A stretch of DNA of 64,000 bases, taken from Oculina patagonica (Eukaryota). Below the pieces are notes generated by a model, which was not told where the DNA came from, made no database searches, and saw only the letters and a program-made list of their open reading frames with translations. The DNA lies in NCBI RefSeq assembly GCF_052425735.1, contig NC_135769.1:30938001-31002000 (forward strand). The letters are read 5' to 3'. Below, one piece after another: positions 47,301-57,958 of this stretch. A program made the position numbers and the translations under genes. Position 1 is the first letter of the stretch. Each line of letters starts with the position of its first letter.

Positions 47301-50300
47301 TTTTCGGTTAAAAGTACTAAAATTGGCCTGGCCAATAGCTCATCTTGTACATGAAATGCACCTAGTACATCCATTCAGTAAATTGTTGTTGAAGAAAAAA
47401 GGGAGCCATAAAAATTTAAGCAAACTGTTAATTAAAAGTAATTTGAAACAAAATTCAAAATATATTCCATGAGTCGCTGTGTGCAAAGAATAAACAAGGA
47501 GAAAAAGTGTCTGCTCAGCGAGGCAAACTTATTTTCACTAAATGGCATGAAAAAAGAGACATTTCTTTTTTATCAACCAATGTTTTGCCGAGCGAAGCCC
47601 CGCGCAATGTGCAACGAAGAAAGAACGGGCGAAATATCAATATCGAGAAGCCCCGTGTTGCTGATGTTTACACGGCAAACATGGGTGGCGTTGACCGAGC
47701 TGACCAGCTTCGCTCGTTTTATTTTGCTCGTTATTCCTCCCGAAAATGGTACAGGTACATTTTTTGGTTTTTATTCAACCGTTCAGTCTGCAATGGGTTC
47801 ATTCTCGAATCAATTTCTCGTACTTCCCGAGGAAAAAGAAAGCGCCCGATGATCAGCTTTAGGCTTGATCTGGCGAAACAACTAATCAATGGTTTCAGCC
47901 AAAGAAAAAGAAAGCGAAGATCTCAGGAGACTCAAAATCCTTCTGACTTTTTCAAGTTGAGATCTAACGTTCCTGATGGCATCACAATGATATCACTTGT
48001 TTATCGCTTCAGCACACTTGCATGGTGATTTCTAACAAAGTTGGACCACTACTTGTAGTTTCCATATATCTTTAGGCTCTTGTAATGAGTTTTTGAAGTG
48101 AAACTGGTGATAGTGTCCCTTTAATTGATGTAAAGAGAATAGGACTGTCAGTGCCAATTTTTGTTAGCATTTTAAAATACATGAACAACATAAATTGGAA
48201 TGGGTTGTTTTGTAGAGCATTGCAAACTGCAAAATCCATATTCCCTGGAAAAGTGTCAATTGATTTGATGTTTGGACGACCACAGCAAACACTTGATGAG
48301 TGGCATAAGGAGTTATCACAGGTGTGTAGAATTAGGACTTCACATTTGAGGGAAATTGAAATTTTAAAATGTTAGCTTCAAACTGGCGATATCATCATCA
48401 TAATCATCGTCATCATCATTATCATCATCATCATCATCATCGCCATTATCATCATGGTTATTTTTAATTATGATAATTATTTTTGATTATGATAATTAAT
48501 TTTAATACTTGTCTGCCAGGCATTATCTGTGTGTGATGATCATGTCTCATTATATCAGCTGACCCTTGAAAGGGGTACACCACTTTATAAGAGTGTCAAG
48601 TCAGGAAAATTGGTGAGGTGACTACTAAAATAAAAATTTAAATTTTTAGTATATTTAATTATCTCTTAATATGCAGTTAATGTTTATTTGTGGCAGTCAC
48701 TCCCTGATCCAGATGTAGTAGCAGAAATGTATCAGTTGGCTGTGGAGGTAATTGATGAACTCTTTGTGAGACATTTGATTGTATACTTTAGACTGTCTAG
48801 TACATGACTGTACTTTTAAGGGTTGTTCTAAAACCCAGAATGCTAGAAACCTGGTATACCGGAAATCCAGAAGAGAAGGCCCGGAATCCTAACACACGGA
48901 ATGACCTTTTTTATGTATGCCTTATCAAGATAAATACCAGGAAATATGTTATATTTTTGGGAAATTGGAAACTTTGTTACGAAGTTGCCAATTATGTTAC
49001 AAAAAAATCTAGTTTAGTGTTCTACGTCAAACAAATTTAATTTTTGACGAGTTTGGCTCAATTTCCTCTGGCAGTTGAAATGCTTCATTGATTTTGTTAG
49101 ACCATGTGATTGGTTTTTCTTGTCAAATGGACTTAATTCTAGTTTAAAATAACAAAAAAAAATGTTATTTAATTAATTTTATACCATGATTATTAATTTG
49201 CTGTTCTTAACTTCAAATTTTACTTCATCACTAGACTTTGATTGCAAATGGATTTCATAGATATGAAGTTGCAAACTTCGCAAAACCAGTAAGCAGAGTT
49301 TGATTGATGGCGCATGATATATTATTTTCTTAAAACAACTTGTTCACAATCTCTAAAGTAACATTCTTCATCTTTTTAGTGCAGAATGCACTTTTGTGGT
49401 GGTTTGGTGGGCAGTCGTCTGCTAACCCCCTCAAGCGCTAAAGCACTATATAGTGTAAACTTTCAATCAGCAATTAGTTATTATAATTAATATCAATTAA
49501 TTAATTATTATTTGTGGAGGGGGTAGGGGGTGGGGAGCACCTGACCGTATGCCCTAGGTAAAACGTGGGCCATATCTACTTTACCTACATATTATGAAGA
49601 TTTCAAAGGTATATATTTGTTTCAGAAAACCCTTTGCTCTCCTTGTGGTATCATTCTTTCTAGAGTAAAGTACTTTGCACCAAACGCATGCGCATATCTA
49701 CATTACTTTCATGTGAAGATTTCAAACCTAGATATTTGTTTCAGAAGACCTTTTGCTCTCCTTGTGGTACTATTCTTTTGATAGCAAAGTACTTTGCGCC
49801 AAACACATGCACAGATTCGACTATGTTTTATTCTCAGGAACATTGCGTGCATCGCGCGTTTGCAGTAGGATTCCTTCAGACTCCGTGATGCCAAGTTAAA
49901 ACCGCAAATTAACTAAAGTAGATTTTGAGACTTTCACAGCAGCTTCGTAATTAAGAATGCAAAAACTTGCTCCGTGATTTTCAGCACGAAACCCCTAATA
50001 AGCAGGAAACAAATATCCAAGCTGTAACGCACTTTTAAAAACCTTTCGAAAGAGATGGGTTTTTTTATGTTCTTTTAATTAGTTTTCGAAAAACGTCTTT
50101 TGAGCAGTTAACCGCAACTTAATTAAATTAAAGTGAAAAATTGGCTTAATTATTGAAAACAAAACAGCTGCCATCGATGTCACGTAAAGAAAACAAAAGT
50201 ATCATGTTACAGCATTTGCAAGGAAAACAAGTGTCTTGTTACAAGCAAATAACAATCGTGTTACGGTTGAAAAGATAAGAGTACTAAGGAACTCCTGGGA

Positions 50301-51380
50301 AGGAACACAAGTGGTGTTTGGTGGGGAGACACTAAAAAGTATCCGAACATTTCAGTTAAAATATCTGAGAATGCCACTGAATTCGTTTTCTGTTTGTTTA
50401 ATATTCTCGCGGGAACAGTTCAAATTGAAACTACACTCCTACATGAAAAACAGAACCCAAGCTATCGTTCGCAAATAAACAAAAAATCTCATAACATTTG
50501 CTTGAAGCAGAAACAAAACAATTTTACAGCAAGGCGCCCAAAAGTGTGACCACTTTTAATTTATCCACATTCTTTCGTGCAGATTTAATCCAATCAAAAG
50601 CCGTGGATAGCTTGCAGTTGACTTCTGATTGGATTAAATCTGCACAAAAGAATGTGAATAAATTAAAAGTGGTCACACTTTTGGGCGCCTTGCTATAATG
50701 CATATTTTCGTTGGTCAGAACTATTACAACAAAGATTTTGTTTCATTCACAAAAGAAATCATATCATCATGAAACAAACTAATTATATTAAGATTTTTTT
50801 ATAGTTTTTTCTGCAAATTATTTTTCTTATAGCCAATTGTAAATAGTGTAGGTTTCGTTTTTAATTTTCTAAAGATTGTAAATGGGTTCTTATTTTTGTA
50901 TCTATTGTAAATTTATTACCAATGTTTGTAATGCGCATTTGATTATTTTATAGAAAATGCACAATATAAATATTAAATATTATTAAATGTAATTATTATT
51001 ATGATAATTATCAAATTGTCACGAAATGGCACGTTGTTATTCTGTTGCCGCTATTGATCGCAGTTCATTTGATTTTAACTCCAAAACATACCAACTAGTC
51101 TTTAAAAGGTGACCTTATATCTCCCAATCTGAAAATTTATTTCTTGGATTTATCGATAAATTATATAGATCTGTGTTATAATTAGTTTATTAATTAAAGC
51201 AAAACAACTTCAATCGATGTCGCCCTGTTTGCCCTAGAAATGTATCAAGTAACATATGTTTTCGACCAAAACAAGTGTTGCGTAACATAAGTTTAAGAGA
51301 AAAACAAATGTGTCATGTTACATTTGTTTACACAAAAGGGAAAAGTATCACGTTTGCTGTTTTGACGTCTGAGTTTTTCT

Positions 51381-51414
<34 letters not shown>

Positions 51415-54400
51415 GGCAAAGATGAAAACTTTTCCCAAGTGCGACCCATACCCAACTGAAAATAAAACCAACGAAAGTTAAATGTTGTCTAAGCCTAGTG
51501 CCATGTGATTTTCAATGCGGTGGGATTCTTGTAGACTCTTCCTACTTAATTAAATTAGACTCATGTTACAAAAGTTTGCACGAAAAGTAAAAGTATCACG
51601 TTTGCTGCTTAAAAACTCTCAAATTAACGAAAGTTAACGTAAAACACAATGGTTCAAATGATTGAAAACTTCCTTTACTAAAAAAAATTGACTCTTTATT
51701 GTGTCAACTGGTCGGTCACGTGTGTGACTTTTCAATAAGGGAAATCTTTCTCCCGGATGAAGGTGTCACGTGATTTAGTTGTCACGTTTAGTCTTTCAAC
51801 ATCTTACAAGTACATGTGAAACAGCGTTTCAGACTGAAAGGTGAACTCATTTGACTTATTCTCAAACGAAATTACCCTGGAAAATTGACAGCATGATAAT
51901 ATTTATTATTATCATGCTGTCAATTGTTTGGCCATATTGCATTCTGCACTGTCCTTTGAGTCTCTGAGTTTGGTGTTCCTTACCTTTAGTTTGTAAACTA
52001 TTTTGAGGTAAAGTAATTAAACCAGTCCTAGGATATAATGTTATGACTGTTATAAAGTTTCTCTTACTACAGGTATTTATTGTCCATTTTTACAGGGTGC
52101 AGAAAGCAGACATAACCTTTCTTACTGGAATGGCACCCAGTACATTGGAGTGGGGCCTGGAGCTCATGGAAGGTCATTATATTAAATTGTGTTAATTTAT
52201 ACACCCAACTCCTAACACTGTACCCTCCTCCCTCTCTATCCCTTGGACATTTGCCTTTTTGTGGCTCCAAGAAAAAGCTCCTCTCCCCCTCCCCCTCAAA
52301 AAATTGTATAGTCAATATTACCTCAAAGATGGTGATGCAAAAGATGTCCTAATGGCTAGTTTATCGCAGAACTCTGGTTTGTGAATGAGATCTATGTTTG
52401 AGCCTGGCCAGAGTTATTATGTTGGTCAAGACACTATACTTTACTTGCAGTGATTCTCCACCCAGGAGTATGACAAATTTCAAAGAAGTGGCAAGTTACT
52501 TGGGGAATTTGCCAAAAATATGAATTGACATCCAGCCAATGAACTGAAAAGTGGCAATGCATGTACTTGTTTGGTGCTTCATGCTACAGGAACTGAATTA
52601 AGGCTGATTAATGTTTTAGTTTTAAACTTTACAGTAAAAAAGCCAACAGAACATGCAGCAGTCATCGTTTGCATGGGGTCCTGTTTGTCCTCAACAAGGG
52701 ACTCTGGTGGGGTGGGGGAGGGGGGAAGTCAAGGCCCCTTTCCCGAACAGGGTTTGGTAATCAAGATTTTTGTGTCAACCAACAGATTTGTTCCTCGTGG
52801 CAATGAAACTGAAATGCGACAAGCAAGAGTGCAGACACTAGAACCAAATGAGTGGATGAAAGAGGTGAACTTTTCATTTCTACTGCTTGCGAAGAACTTC
52901 CTCTGTAATTGAAGGAATTATGATGGCACTTTGATTTTTTTTCCTAGTCTTATTCTGAAATGGTTGACAATTAAAGCAAATCAGTGTTACAAAAGGAAAA
53001 AAGGTTGCATTTGACCATTGATTCTGCTGTATTTCTAACTTGATTTGACAAAAGGTGTCTCCTGAAATTTGACATGACACCGTAGTTCTGAAGCCCTATT
53101 TCTGTAACGAACGCTGAATGAGAGCTAATTTTAGCTCAAGTTTAACGTAAGGTACTCTAGTTTATGTGTTTTTTAACCAAAAAGACTGCATATATGGCAT
53201 TTTGTTTAAATCAAGAATTCTATCAATTTAATTAAGAGTGTTTACAACTTGAAATGTGAGTCAAAATTAATACCAAGATAGACATAAGAAAACACTCGGC
53301 GGAGAGCTGAACTGTAGCTTTCTTAAAGCATGCACGTCTCAAATAAACTGAACTAAAGCATTCTACATCGACATTCGATTCAACTTTAAGCAAATCAGGC
53401 GAAATATCTGAGGAAGCGGGCATGTGTTATCTCAATTGTCAACTTCATTGTCGCGGCCGGAAATGCACACGATCGCATCGCCTCCCACTAGCGAATCACA
53501 GAGAACTATGAACTATGAGTGTTAGCTAGGCGGAGAACGCCTAAAATTGAGGAAAAAAAGAAAACTATGTACTCACATCAGCGCTTGAAGCGATTCCTTG
53601 GCTATCCACTCCGACATGTTTCTTTTAGAAATAACCGACAATGTCCCGGATGTATTTGAATGTCGTCGAGCGCGTAACGCCCGCTTCCCAAACTTCAACA
53701 GTAAAAAACTAAGTCTTTAGCCACGGTAAAGTTCAAGCCAAATATCGTTATGACCGCCTTCAAATCAGCCCGTATAGTTAGTTCCGAGTCCTAATTGATG
53801 TGGCTAAAGACCTTTGCTGTCTAAAGCAAGCTCAACATTATCTGTACCTGGCAAAACGAGCCGACCGGTTATCTGTGTTTAACCGCCTAGCGCTCGGTTT
53901 GAGGTACGATAACAGCCGACGCACAACTTGCAAATCGTAAGACTTTCACCTTCACGGGACTTAATGATGTCCTCCGGCAAACTTCCTTTAGACAGCAGAA
54001 TGGAAAGCTATAGATCACAACTGTTCTACTAGTTAGCGCGCGCAACTAACATTCAAATGATAGAGAGGGGTTGGAGTTAGAGACTGGGCTAGACTAACCA
54101 CAAGTAAATCTAGAGGGAGGGAGACGGGAGGGGGGGGAGAGACAGGGAGGAAGAAAAAAAAAGTAAGATTGAATTCACTACATTAGACAGGGCGACATTT
54201 CATTGGAAGAAAGCCAAACAATTCTCCGTATCCTCAAAAAAAAAAAAAAAAATGAAACCCCATACATTTCCTAACAGCCCGATAGCCACCTTTTATCAAA
54301 TCAAGTTAGATTTACAGCCACAATAATGCAGCTCTTGAGGCAACCTGCAAATTCTCTTCAGACTCTTAGGCCTGTCTAGTGGTAAAGACTTCTGAGTATT

Positions 54401-55186
54401 ATATATGGTAAGAATTACTTGTACTAAACCTACTGTCTGATGTTCATTATTTCTAGGTTGAAGCAAGAGGTCATGCAACTAGAAAACAAGTACCACAAGC
54501 AAAACTTGAAATGTAAGTTTAAAAAATAGCACTTTTTTAATACCAATATATACTGGTTCAGTATATAATGTGTTTGATATTTGACATGACTTTAATTTAT
54601 TGCATATATTATCTATGAGGTGGGATAAAATGGGGGACTTAAAACTGGGGGTGGGGGGGGGGAGCTGAAAAACTAAATTGAGCATTGTCTAATTAATACT
54701 ATTCTTTACAATTTTTTTCTTGAATTTATCACAGATTGGAAGAAGTTCTCATGCTAAGTCTTAGAACTGCTGATGGTCTTAGTAATGAGGTACTAATAAA
54801 TAATTATGCCAATAGTCTTGAGACAGTACCTTTTTTCTGTTTTGTGCAGGGTTGCATGTCATCGTTGATTTGAAAGCTATTGAGTATATTATTTTGACAT
54901 GTGATTTTTGTTTCTTTGCACAGAAGTGGAAGAGCTTGTCTCCACTTGGCGTGTCACTGTATGATGCATTTAAAGATAATAACGATGTTCAAGATCTCAC
55001 ACAGTCTGGCCTTCTGTTATTGACTGAAAAGTAGGTCTTTTTAATACAACATCATAAAACAAATATTGATGTAATGTATATGAAATGATTCATATATGAA
55101 CTGCGGATGTATATGAAAGTGATAAATGATCGTCGCAGTGAATTTCCAATATAAGCAATTGGCTAAAGAAGCCTGAAAAAAATTCA

Positions 55187-55220
<34 letters not shown>

Positions 55221-55614
55221 GATACCGGTGCGATGCTCTACCAACGAGCTATTGAAGCCACACATTGGGAGCGAGGTCAATTGAGTTATATTTTCCCGCG
55301 AGAGGAGTGAAATGATGTAATGTATATGAAATGATTCAATAGAACTGCGGATGTATATGAAAGTGATAAATGATCGTCGCAGTGAATTTCCAATATAAGC
55401 AATTGGATAAAGAAGCCTGAAAAAAAATGCTTATATTGGAAATTCACTGCGACGATCATTTATCACTTTCATATACATCCGCAGTTCATATATGAATCAT
55501 TTCATATACATTACATCATTTCACTCCTCTCGCGGGAAAAATAATATGAACCACAATTGACCTCGCTCCCAATGTGTGGCTCAATAGCTCAGTTGGTAGA
55601 GCATCGCACCGGAC

Positions 55615-55648
<34 letters not shown>

Positions 55649-57958
55649 TGAATTTTTTTTCAGGCTTCTTTAGCAATTGCTTATATTGGAAATTCACTGC
55701 GACGATCATTTATCACTTTCAAAACAAATATTGCAGTAACATTTTTGAAGTTCCATAGACCATCTTGACATATGTTTGGACACAAAATTAATTGAGGGGC
55801 GTATTGGGCCCTATTAGAAACCGCAAAACCGAACAAAAAATCATCAAAAATCGCAAAACCGCACACAAAAATTCAAATTTCAAAACATTAACCTTATCCT
55901 ATTGACACCTGAAAAAAGGTTTTTCTTATACACTTTTGGCATTTCTGTTCAGCTACAATCTAAATCATTCTACTGAAGCGAGATTGCATTTGATCAGGAA
56001 ACCAAACGGGAAAAACCGAAAACCACATCGAATACCAAATCTAAAAAAAAACGCTTGCATTGTAGCCGAAAACCGAAAACCAAATGCCAAGAGAAGAAAA
56101 ACCCACAAACTGCATAAGACACCAAAACCGAAAAACCGGCAGTTTTTCGGGTCGAAAACCAAAAACCGAAAACCGATCTAATCCCATTGCCCCCCCCCCC
56201 CCTCCATGGTTGTTGTTGTTGTTGTTGTTGTTTGTCAACATGCTCAGAGTCTATACAGTCAACTCTCTCTAAGACGGACACTTTCGGGACCAGCCACAGC
56301 TGTCCGTCTTAGAGAGGTGTCCGCCTTGTAGAGAGTGGAGGTAACATGACACCAGTAATTCTGAGATAATAAAGCTAAACCTTTGCATAACGCAACAAAC
56401 CTTTGCTTACTGCAACAAGACTAAAATAATAAAAGGACCGTATTTGCTTGTTAAAGCAAAAATTGAGAGGTTCTACAAACTGTAATACTGTAAGTAGAAA
56501 CGACCTCTTTAGTGTCCATACACGTAAGCAGAGAAGTAACCCGTTAGAACGTCATTGTTAGGGGTATCAAATGGTCTTTGCGAGCATTTGCGAGCATGCG
56601 AGCACAGCGTTTTTCTTTGCTAGCACGAGCATTGACAAAAATAAGCCTTGCGAGCAACGAGCACTTTTCAAGAAGCTACTCCAACAAAAATCGAGCATGC
56701 GAGCACTTGTAAAAATGTGCGAGCACGAGCAAACGAGCACCCACTAAAATGTTGCGAGCATTTCGAGCAAAAGCTTAATTTTGCGAGCACTGCGACATTT
56801 TGAGGGACCATTCATGACCCATATTGTTTTTCTTTATTAAGCTTGGTATACACGTATCCTTAGGGCGCTTTAGGTCCATAGGAAGTTTGGAAGTATTTTC
56901 ACTAATAAAACATGATAAAAAAAACACTTCTCAAGTGTCCGTTAATGATTTCAAAGTGTCCGTTGTCCGTCTTAGAGAGGTGTCCGTCTTATGGGGAGTT
57001 TGGTTACAGTAAAAAGACTGAAAAACGGCAGGGACCATGACCAGGTGTCTGTCTTAAGGAGGTGTCCGTTTCATAGAGGTGTAAGTTAAAAAAAGAGTTG
57101 ACTGTAATAATGTTTACGGCTTGTTCGTACTAAAATTGCATAATTGCGGGCCCAAGAGAGGCCCGCAATCCTAATCTTGACAGTGACCAGCGGATTGCGT
57201 ATTCGCGTGCGCGCCACGTTTATAAAGGCTATCGCAAACCGGAAGTTGAAAATTTTTTCTTCCACTAAGAACGATCGGAAGCAAAAATGTGTCAATCACG
57301 ACATGTCGTAACACCGGAAGAGAAAATCTTGTCTCCAAGAGCGAAAGAATGCGAAAAATCAACAGTTTGTCACATTGATCGAGGCCTTCTTCAGACATTT
57401 TGCAGACGTTGTTTTATAGGTGTTGCTTTTGAGAAGATCTGCTGTGATTGTATCACAGATAACTACGGCAAGCGATGATTCCAACAACGGTTATTCTCGA
57501 GAAATTCCTTATAACACTGACAACAAAGCGAGTTTGCCGACGGAGGAAAATCACATCTCAATTCACACCACGTGCTCAACTACACTTCGCAAAACTGTCA
57601 ATCAAAAAAACAACTCTGATTGGTTCGCGGCAATAGGAAACGATAAAAAACATTCGTGACTTAAGCGTGACGCGTTACTCGACCTTACTCGGAATAATTT
57701 TCGTTTGTCCAGTAATTAAAAAACACTTCCCTCCCAGTACCTTCTCTTCACTGCATCGAGGCCCGCACTTTCTTACCTGTGGTTACCACTAGTAAAATCC
57801 TCTTTTTTATTATTATTTTCAGAGGTATCAAAGCCACCTACAAGGGTTTGTTCGTACTGGACAGTATTGTTCCAACATTGTTACTGCATCTTGAAAAGTT
57901 GGTTACGACTTCATCGAATACAGAAGGAGATCAACAAACGCTTAATTTTGAAAAATAG
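44370..57958 (+). CDS. RSAD1: Radical SAM domain-containing protein 1 (HemW-like heme chaperone), probably mitochondrial; 16 exons, ~466 aa
   Basis: Exons 44370-44555, 45695-45747, 46306-46412, 46506-46638, 46885-46930, 47125-47186, 48216-48321, 48520-48612, 48697-48747, 49235-49288, 52096-52172, 52786-52864, 54457-54512, 54735-54789, 54924-55030, 57823-57958 (1401 nt, phases consistent). [20 protein letters not shown] (CxxxCxxC), [39 protein letters not shown], HemW-type [16 protein letters not shown]. Start codon is the first in-frame ATG and is less certain. Confidence 0.92.
44607..44793. repeat. (TTGA/CTGA)n tetranucleotide microsatellite
   Basis: Directly visible. Confidence 0.95.
44797..45606. 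mobile_element. PIF/Harbinger-type non-autonomous element
   Basis: GGGCCGAATCGCACTAGAGCCAGACA / TGTCTGGCTCTAGTGTGATTCGGCCC with CAA on both flanks. Confidence 0.85.
47273..48120. mobile_element. Kolobok-type MITE (TTAA TSD, AG...CT ends) containing a piggyBac transposase fragment
   Basis: TTAA|AGGGACACT...AGTGTCCCT|TTAA. Related empty, decayed copies at ~28205-28603 (+) and ~33455-33731 (-). Confidence 0.75.
47470..47935 (+). pseudogene. piggyBac (PGBD4-like) transposase C-terminal fragment
   Basis: [13 protein letters not shown]...[27 protein letters not shown]...[13 protein letters not shown]...[10 protein letters not shown] matches the region around the third catalytic Asp of piggyBac transposases. 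No N-terminal half and no piggyBac TIRs. Confidence 0.88.
48388..48455. repeat. (CAT)n microsatellite; another at 60860-60920
   Basis: Directly visible. Confidence 0.9.
49595..49810. repeat. Two ~120-bp tandem direct repeats
   Basis: GAAGATTTCAAA...ATATTTGTTTCAGAA...TTTGCTCTCCTTGTGGTA...AAAGTACTTTGC.CCAAAC occurs twice. Confidence 0.85.
50527..50695. mobile_element. Foldback Tc1/mariner-type MITE
   Basis: ~73-bp arms CAGCAAGGCGCCCAAAAGTGTGACCAC... / ...GTGGTCACACTTTTGGGCGCCTTGCTA, with TA flanks. Confidence 0.85.
55069..55720. mobile_element. Inverted, partially tandem ~250-bp tRNA-like retro-insertion with 13-bp TSD
   Basis: AAAACAAATATTG at 55056-55068 and 55721-55733. Left half (55069-55427) and right half (55428-55720) are opposite-orientation permuted units. 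Confidence 0.9.
55188..55259 (-). pseudogene. tRNA-like cloverleaf (pseudo-Thr GGT) inside the repeat; second copy 55578-55647 (+)
   Basis: Acceptor GGCTTCA/TGAAGCC, D arm GCTC/GAGC, loop CCGGTAT, T arm ACGGG-TTCGAAT-CCCGT. C33 and a GGT anticodon are atypical of functional eukaryotic tRNAs. Confidence 0.75.
55795..56204. mobile_element. AAAACCG-repeat-rich MITE-like element
   Basis: GAGGGG...CCCCTC ends with numerous AAAACCG(A/C) internal repeats; no clear TSD. Confidence 0.5.
56256..57104. mobile_element. Tc1/pogo-type MITE with nested CGAGCA MITE
   Basis: TA|CAGTCAACTCT...AGAGTTGACTG|TA with GTGTCCGTCTTA repeats; nested element at ~56559-56822. Confidence 0.8.
57143..57793 (+). mobile_element. 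Helentron/HINE-like element
   Basis: 5' hairpin TTGCGGGCC-CAAGAGA-GGCCCGCAA, 3' subTIR GGCCCGCA (57760-57767), stem-loop GTGGTTACCAC, CTAGT end. Confidence 0.6.

Noticed and set aside
47507-48028. Domesticated PGBD gene
   Set aside because: Lacks the N-terminal half with the first two catalytic Asp residues and the C-terminal Cys-rich domain; the frame runs into MITE sequence.
53080-54060. CpG-richer intronic segment, possibly a mobile element or hidden gene
   Set aside because: No TIR/TSD pair, recognisable protein motif or RNA structure could be supported by eye.
55188-55647. Two functional tRNA-Thr genes
   Set aside because: C at position 33, a GGT anticodon unusual for eukaryotes, indels in each copy, and embedding in a TSD-flanked repeat; treated as tRNA-like parts of a mobile element.
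55069-55720. Hammerhead retrozyme
   Set aside because: No CTGAnGA plus GAAA core with compatible stems on either strand by eye; only the architecture is retrozyme-like.
55820-56180. CRISPR-like array (AAAACCG repeats; also CGAGCA and ACTTGCG arrays)
   Set aside because: Short irregular motifs without constant-length repeats and spacers, in a eukaryotic intron; they are MITE internal repeats.
44370-57958. Bacterial HemN/HemW contamination or recent HGT
   Set aside because: Fifteen spliceosomal introns and RSAD1-type motifs indicate the native nuclear gene.
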